Positions 58,725-64,000 of a stretch of 64,000 nt of DNA are shown piece by piece. The DNA comes from a virus (lineage: Duplodnaviria; Heunggongvirae; Uroviricota; Caudoviricetes). A program made the translations under genes and the position numbers. Numbering within the stretch: the first letter of the stretch is position 1; each line of letters starts with the position of its first letter. The stretch lies in IMG/VR virus record IMGVR_UViG_3300042256_000013, positions 256,001 to 320,000 of that record; one strand, given 5' to 3'. The notes under the pieces are model-generated. The model ran no database searches, was not told the origin of the DNA, and saw nothing but the letters and a program-made list of their open reading frames with translations.

Positions 58725-59354
58725 TTAGATATTCATAAGGTTAAAGATAACGCCACTTCCTGCATAGAATGGCTTAATTTTTCCAGCAATATCATCTAAA
58801 GCATAGAAAGCAGGATACGTATCGCCGTTGATAGTTATAAAATAGTTCCCAAAAGACAAATCATGAACATGGTTCAATGTTGTAACTTGGTCTACATCGT
58901 TACTGTACTTTGTAAAGTAAAATTCATCATCACCCATATATGAAGTGAATTCGTCGATGTTTCCTTTGCGAACTGGTTTAGATGCAACGTATAGTATCTT
59001 ACCTTCACCATGATCTTTAGTTACAATTGTTGGTTTGATCTGAGTGAACTTACTAACTACTAATTCAATATGGTCAGCAGACTGATTGTAAGTATAATCA
59101 GAAACATGTTCCATGTAATAATCAAGTAATTCATATAACCCATTTTTCGCTTCAAGTAATAGATTAATTTGTGCTATTGATTCTTTAGCTTTATCTAAGA
59201 AATAAGAATTGTCTTCAATTTTATCGAAGGTTTCCAAAATATCTGGAATATTACCTCGAATACTTTCTACTGTAATTTTTCCTTCGCCAATTCCTGTAAT
59301 TAATTTAGATAATGTTTCTGCTACTTTTTGTTTACTTTGAGTTAAATTTTCCAT
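58725..59354 (-). CDS. Hypothetical protein
   Basis: Start set at MENLT, directly after the nrdD stop. Confidence 0.6.
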   Translation of the reverse strand: MENLTQSKQKVAETLSKLITGIGEGKITVESIRGNIPDILETFDKIEDNSYFLDKAKESIAQINLLLEAKNGLYELLDYYMEHVSDYTYNQSADHIELVVSKFTQIKPTIVTKDHGEGKILYVASKPVRKGNIDEFTSYMGDDEFYFTKYSNDVDQVTTLNHVHDLSFGNYFITINGDTYPAFYALDDIAGKIKPFYAGSGVIFNLMNI

Positions 59355-59355
59355 T

Positions 59356-61161
59356 TTAGCTTCCGTGTTTGATTCTTTGTATAACTTCTTGTTGTTTACC
59401 AGTATTGAAAGGTCTACTATTCGGTGCACTAAGATAACCAGAAACTCTACGAATAACTGACATAGTACCTTCTTCTCGGTTATCACATTGTGGACAATGG
59501 AACCCGACTTTATCTACCGAAAATTCACCTTCAAAATCGCACTTATAACATTTATCGACAGGTTGATTAATCCCAAAATATGGAATACGGTCATACGCAT
59601 AATCAATTAGTACTTCTAAGGCTTTCAAATTGTTAGAAAGATTTGGAGTCTCTACATAACTGATGTTTCCACCATTACTTAAGTACGCAAAACTTTCTTC
59701 GTAATCAAATTTACTGAAAGGAGATGATTCAATCCATACTGGTTGGTGGAATGAATTTGTTATAAAATCTCTCTTTAGTACATTTGGGTATTTTTCTTCT
59801 ATTGCTTTCGCAAATTTATAACATAAGCTCTCTGCTGGCGTTCCATATAAACTAAATGCGATAGTACTTTCATCTTTGAATTGTTCACATTTGTATTTCA
59901 TATAGTGCAAGATGGATTTACAATAATCCTTACTTAACTGTCCAAGCATAATTTCAGAACATTCAGCTAATCCAACATATCCAATACTGATACTTGCGTA
60001 TCCATTATAGAATAATTGATCAATTGTATCATCAGCATTCAATCTAGCAATAGCACCTTCCATAAACATAGTAGGGTTTTGACGAGCTTTCATTGTTTTC
60101 AATCGTTCTACACGATTCATTTGTGCTCGGTAAGCCATTGTCATGTGATAATCCAATTTACCGAAGAATTCACCATCGGATTTAGATTCAAGAGCAAGTA
60201 ATGGGAGATTAATAGATACTACACCTAAGTTAAATCTTCCATCATATTGTTCAGTACCTTCATTTTCCCATTTTCCAAGGAATGAACGACAACCCATAGG
60301 GGAAACGGCAATAGAAGTACTGCCAGTTACTTTCTTGTTTAATGGTACTGATACGAAATCTGGATAAATTCTCTTAGCACTTGTTTTAAGTGCTTGCTGT
60401 TTAAGGTCATAATTAGGATCAGACTCTTTCATGTTCACACCATCTTCTAAGAAGAAGACAACTTTAGGAAACACTGGAGTACTGCCATCTACACCTAAAC
60501 CTTTCTCATGTACTTTTAAGTACGAATCAGTAATCATCTTACCAAATTTAGAGGTGTTTAGACCCATTGTAATAGTTACAAACGGGGTTTGACCGTTACT
60601 GCTTGTGATGGTATTAACCTGGTACAGAAGTGCTTGCATAGCGTCGTACACCTCTTTCTGGAGGGTCTTCTGTACGTATTCATCCGGTAGACCGAATTCT
60701 TTTTGTTGCTCCAGAAGCTTGTTATAGGACTTCTGAACGTATGGTTCAAGACCAAAATCAATATGTGCAAGTGTTTGACCACCGTATTGACTTGCGGAAA
60801 CTGCCAGTACTATTTGTGTTAGTACAGTACTTGCTACACCAATACTATTAGGTGTACCAACTTGTGCATTACCAATCTTGAAACCATTTTCTAACATATC
60901 TCTGTAATTAACTAAACAACAGTTAGTCAAAGGGCTTATGAAATAGTCTAGATCGTGTATATGACCATATCCATTCTTGTGCCAAAGCATAAGTTCTTCT
61001 GAGATTTCATCCTCTGCATAATGCTTAGATAAAATACCTGCTAGTAAGTCACGATGCGTGTTTACAATCTTCGCATCCTTATTAGCATTCTCATTCATTA
61101 TATCTTTATTACTTTGGTTTATTAGTGCGGATACATCATTAAACAGTCTATCGTTATTCAT
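59356..61161 (-). CDS. nrdD: Anaerobic ribonucleoside-triphosphate reductase (class III), no ATP cone
   Basis: NENANKD, HIHDLD, NCCL, QYGGQ, GQTPF, PMGCRS, TPAESLC, TNSFH, two CxxC zinc pairs and the glycyl-radical motif RVSGYL. Confidence 0.97.
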   Translation of the reverse strand: MNNDRLFNDVSALINQSNKDIMNENANKDAKIVNTHRDLLAGILSKHYAEDEISEELMLWHKNGYGHIHDLDYFISPLTNCCLVNYRDMLENGFKIGNAQVGTPNSIGVASTVLTQIVLAVSASQYGGQTLAHIDFGLEPYVQKSYNKLLEQQKEFGLPDEYVQKTLQKEVYDAMQALLYQVNTITSSNGQTPFVTITMGLNTSKFGKMITDSYLKVHEKGLGVDGSTPVFPKVVFFLEDGVNMKESDPNYDLKQQALKTSAKRIYPDFVSVPLNKKVTGSTSIAVSPMGCRSFLGKWENEGTEQYDGRFNLGVVSINLPLLALESKSDGEFFGKLDYHMTMAYRAQMNRVERLKTMKARQNPTMFMEGAIARLNADDTIDQLFYNGYASISIGYVGLAECSEIMLGQLSKDYCKSILHYMKYKCEQFKDESTIAFSLYGTPAESLCYKFAKAIEEKYPNVLKRDFITNSFHQPVWIESSPFSKFDYEESFAYLSNGGNISYVETPNLSNNLKALEVLIDYAYDRIPYFGINQPVDKCYKCDFEGEFSVDKVGFHCPQCDNREEGTMSVIRRVSGYLSAPNSRPFNTGKQQEVIQRIKHGS

Positions 61162-61211
61162 AAGACACTCCTTGTCAAATTGTTAGGTAGTTTATTTAAA
61201 CCACTTAAAAT

Positions 61212-61239
61212 AAAAATACCCCATATGAAGGGGTATTTT
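61212..61239. terminator. Terminator-like hairpin upstream of nrdD
   Basis: AAAATACCCC-ATATGAA-GGGGTATTTT. Confidence 0.65.
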
Positions 61240-61241
61240 CT

Positions 61242-61255
61242 TTGATCTAGATCAA
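61242..61255. promoter_or_regulatory. FNR binding site (perfect consensus)
   Basis: TTGAT-CTAG-ATCAA, ~80 bp upstream of the nrdD start. Confidence 0.75.
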
Positions 61256-61271
61256 GGTTTTGGGACTTTGG

Positions 61272-61388
61272 TTAACGTTTGTTCAGGAAGCTACAGAAGT
61301 CCAAAACAAATAATATTGCCATTACTCCGATTGAACTTAGTGTTACAACGTAGAACCAAAACAACGCCATCAAAATATCATGCCACAT
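61272..61388 (-). CDS. Small membrane peptide (38 aa), missing from the ORF track
   Basis: Hand translation MWHDILMALFWFYVVTLSSIGVMAILFVLDFCSFLNKR, with an AAGGAG RBS. Confidence 0.6.
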   Translation of the reverse strand: MWHDILMALFWFYVVTLSSIGVMAILFVLDFCSFLNKR

Positions 61389-61390
61389 GA

Positions 61391-61948
61391 TTAGACTCCT
61401 TTAGCTTGAAATCCGTATGTTTTGCTTAGTATTTCAAGAATTATTGTTGGCATTTCTTCGTGAGTATATTCACGCATATCGATGAATGGAATATTCATCT
61501 CTTCGAGATTTTTCACAAAGATTGCATCAAGCTCTTTAGCTTCTTCTAAAGTCTGAGATCGACCGTACTGATCATATTCAGGCTTACGAGGAAGTAAGAA
61601 TACAATATTATCGTACTGCTGATATAATTCGAATGCAATTTCAGTACTGATATTATCATAATCATCATAGAATTCATTGTACATGATACCATTCAGTAAT
61701 GAAGCATCAGATACAACAAAATCCACCTTTCCATTTAAACGGAATAGGCGGTGATTCTGTTGAGCAGTAATAAGAACCTGATCTTGCATTGCCATTTTAT
61801 TTTCATCATAAACATAGTCTTTGATTACTTCAGTAACAATTTCAACTTTCTGTTTAGATTTAAGTTTAAGTGCTGCAAATAGGCCAGCAGCAGTTGTTGA
61901 TTTACCACAACATGGTCCACCAACAAGATTAATAACAACTGTATTCAT
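61391..61948 (-). CDS. P-loop kinase/ATPase (NadR/Ttd14-like)
   Basis: GGPCCGKST, E..K, DA.L and GR.QT..EA. Start set at MNTVV after GGAGG. Confidence 0.8.
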   Translation of the reverse strand: MNTVVINLVGGPCCGKSTTAAGLFAALKLKSKQKVEIVTEVIKDYVYDENKMAMQDQVLITAQQNHRLFRLNGKVDFVVSDASLLNGIMYNEFYDDYDNISTEIAFELYQQYDNIVFLLPRKPEYDQYGRSQTLEEAKELDAIFVKNLEEMNIPFIDMREYTHEEMPTIILEILSKTYGFQAKGV

Positions 61949-62211
61949 TTTAAGCCTCCATGTAACCCAATGAATCGTCTGTACCACATTAATAGTGGCC
62001 CATTAAAATCTTCATTATATTTTGAACTTCTTAATTTATTATGTATAGAAATTTTAAATTTGAAGTTTTGTACCGTTGAATATGTATTTTCTTCTTTATC
62101 TAATAGAATAAGTTCAAATAACAGTTTAACGGTTTTCAAATACATTTCTGATTCTCCACCTAATTCGAATATTGCAATAATATCATCTAAACATTCACGA
62201 GGTGTTTTCAT
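61945..62211 (-). CDS. Hypothetical protein
   Basis: Start set at MKTPR. Confidence 0.55.
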   Translation of the reverse strand: MKTPRECLDDIIAIFELGGESEMYLKTVKLLFELILLDKEENTYSTVQNFKFKISIHNKLRSSKYNEDFNGPLLMWYRRFIGLHGGLK

Positions 62212-62212
62212 A

Positions 62213-62407
62213 TTACTTACGCCAATCATTTTTAGATGCTTCGTAGTTTTTTACCCATTCATCTATTGCTTCAAGAAATGGAATAACTTCTTCTTCCATT
62301 TGACGATTTAGTTTTTTACGTTCTTCTGCACGGTGGCGAGATAAACAATCATTAATCAGTTTATCAGTAGTTTCTTCATCCAGTACGATAAGATTTTGGT
62401 TACTCAT
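62213..62407 (-). CDS. Hypothetical protein
   Basis: 64 aa ORF; GGAG RBS. Confidence 0.6.
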   Translation of the reverse strand: MSNQNLIVLDEETTDKLINDCLSRHRAEERKKLNRQMEEEVIPFLEAIDEWVKNYEASKNDWRK

Positions 62408-62424
62408 TTTGTTCTCCGAAGATT

Positions 62425-63045
62425 TTATTGGGTTCGTGCTGCTACTTTTGCTGGATAATAAATGTATTGATATTCAGACATACGCTTAGTCCAACATTCC
62501 CTGCAATTATTTCCACCAGTGTAAGACCGTGGAGGTAAATGATTTACCCTGCAAGTGTCACAAAACATTTGCTCACGTTCTAATTTTTCTAAAGAATAAA
62601 TGTTACCAACTTCAGTAATAACAGAACGGTCAACATTTAGGTCAGTTGCTAATGCCCTATTGGTAAATTGAGGATAATAAATCATGATATGACGAATTTG
62701 TTCAAGTGTCAGTACTGATGTAATTCGATTCCATACATTTTCAGACATTGGTTTACCATGTTTACGTACTAAAACTTTACGTAAACTTGATGAAACTTCT
62801 GGAAATGGCTTACGATATACTGCATATTCGTCAATATCATTTAGCATTTGTAGATCTACACCATAATATGATGCAAGAAACTCATTACTTGGAATACGTG
62901 ATTCTACATGAAGGCGAACCAAATTAGTATGTTTAGCAACTAATTCAACTGTTTTCTTACTAATACCCAAGTATTCAGCAATAAAAGTTACAGTTTCGTG
63001 TGGATAACGAGACACAATTTCGTTAAGTTGTTCATTATTGATCAT
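62425..63045 (-). CDS. HTH plus zinc-finger putative DNA-binding protein
   Basis: HTH-like IAEYLGISKKTV and LATDLNVDRSVI; C-terminal CDTC...CREC. Confidence 0.6.
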   Translation of the reverse strand: MINNEQLNEIVSRYPHETVTFIAEYLGISKKTVELVAKHTNLVRLHVESRIPSNEFLASYYGVDLQMLNDIDEYAVYRKPFPEVSSSLRKVLVRKHGKPMSENVWNRITSVLTLEQIRHIMIYYPQFTNRALATDLNVDRSVITEVGNIYSLEKLEREQMFCDTCRVNHLPPRSYTGGNNCRECWTKRMSEYQYIYYPAKVAARTQ

Positions 63046-63361
63046 AACTAATATCCTTTAGAGCTTTAATTACTACACCAACTTTAGGTGCTTTTTGAAT
63101 AGCTATAAAATTGTAATAATAAGATTTTACATGTTCATTATAGCATGAAGTACACATATTGGTATTCAAAATTAGTTGACTAACCAAGTTTCTATCACAC
63201 TTCCAACATATTCTTGCAACTCGTGGAACAACTTTATTAACTTTATATTTCTTACGTAAGTACCTATATTGCTCAGTACTTAAATTAAATTTCGATTTAA
63301 AGTTCAACCCGTTATAAAATTTAATTATTTTACCGAGATGTTCTTCATTAGGTATATTCAA
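63035..63361 (-). CDS. Small zinc-finger protein
   Basis: CWKC...CTSC; basic. Confidence 0.55.
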   Translation of the reverse strand: MNIPNEEHLGKIIKFYNGLNFKSKFNLSTEQYRYLRKKYKVNKVVPRVARICWKCDRNLVSQLILNTNMCTSCYNEHVKSYYYNFIAIQKAPKVGVVIKALKDISYDQ

Positions 63362-63677
63362 TTTCTTTTACTCCGAATGCCTCTATTGCTTTTTCACATA
63401 TGGGGCATGGTTTAGCTGATAATGGATTTCCATTTCTATCTATTCTGGCAATCAGAAGTTTATGAACTTCTTTTTTAGCTGCAATTAATGCTGCTATTTC
63501 TGCATGAAGGAATATTGATTCTGGTTTCCCTGCCAGTACTGCGAAATGTTTTTGAAGTGGATGAGAGCACTCGTAATCATTAGTTCTAATTGCAAGTACT
63601 CTACCTTTTTTGTCAAGTGCACACGCAATTATTTTATATTTCTTACGTGTGTTTTTCACTTGAGTAGGACGTGGCAT
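63348..63677 (-). CDS. Zinc-dependent cytidine/dCMP deaminase-fold protein
   Basis: HAE and PCPIC motifs. Start uncertain (63677 or 63740). Confidence 0.8.
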   Translation of the reverse strand: MPRPTQVKNTRKKYKIIACALDKKGRVLAIRTNDYECSHPLQKHFAVLAGKPESIFLHAEIAALIAAKKEVHKLLIARIDRNGNPLSAKPCPICEKAIEAFGVKEIEYT

Positions 63678-63678
63678 T

Positions 63679-64000
63679 TCATGAAGTATGTGTATCAGCT
63701 TTGTGATCTTCATCCCTGATACCATATTTCTGTACGTCATATCCTAAACGTATGCTTTCCTTTGCATTGTAAATATCTGCATCAACGCAGATGATCTCCA
63801 GTTCAACCTCTGAATGCTGTTCCATTGTTAAACTTGGATCTTGAATTTTCTTTTTAAGTACTGGCAACAATTGTTCCATTTCTTCCAAATCAGCCTGAAG
63901 TTTTTCAATTTCATAATCTGGAAGCATTTTGATTTCACCATCATCCAGAATAGAAGCTTCAACAAATTCATGTGATGCCATCCATTCGTCGAAATTGAAA
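63679..64000 (-). CDS. Hypothetical protein, probably 5'-truncated at the window edge
   Basis: Acidic helical ORF running toward the end of the window. Confidence 0.5.
   Translation of the reverse strand, partial: FNFDEWMASHEFVEASILDDGEIKMLPDYEIEKLQADLEEMEQLLPVLKKKIQDPSLTMEQHSEVELEIICVDADIYNAKESIRLGYDVQKYGIRDEDHKADTHTS

Noticed and set aside
61218-61234. NrdR box upstream of nrdD
   Set aside because: Only a partial match to the consensus and not in tandem; better explained as the terminator hairpin.

Overview
AT-rich (roughly one third GC by eye) 64 kb segment of a large lytic myophage genome. Gene content and order best fit the RaK2/GAP32-like jumbo phages of Enterobacterales; this placement is an inference, not a database result. 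Almost all genes are on the minus strand. The window holds: (1) a partial virion/tail-fibre gene on the plus strand; (2) a morphogenesis block with acidic putative internal head proteins, a gp4-like head completion protein, four tail-tube-like paralogs, tail sheath and neck protein; (3) nucleotide metabolism genes (thyA, dNMP kinase, tdk, nrdD/nrdG, glutaredoxin, Nudix, deaminase); (4) a large tRNA/RNA-repair and translation-maintenance set (CCA-adding enzyme, Thg1, RNA ligase, Ro/TROVE-like protein, 2H phosphoesterase, Pol-beta nucleotidyltransferase, HPF, YqeY, degenerate PTH2); (5) lysis genes (membrane-anchored LysM-lysozyme, i/o-spanins); (6) an acyl carrier protein, an orphan SPPY-type DNA methyltransferase and several tandem paralog families. 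The most striking unexplained signals are a roughly 8-fold excess of the palindrome AGTACT across the window (plausibly tied to the orphan m4C-type methyltransferase), a ~520 nt ORF-poor, extensively base-paired locus at 40.9-41.4 kb, a perfect FNR box upstream of the anaerobic ribonucleotide reductase, and a conserved phage promoter class TGAAAC-N17-TATAAT. I found no tRNA genes, CRISPR arrays or introns.
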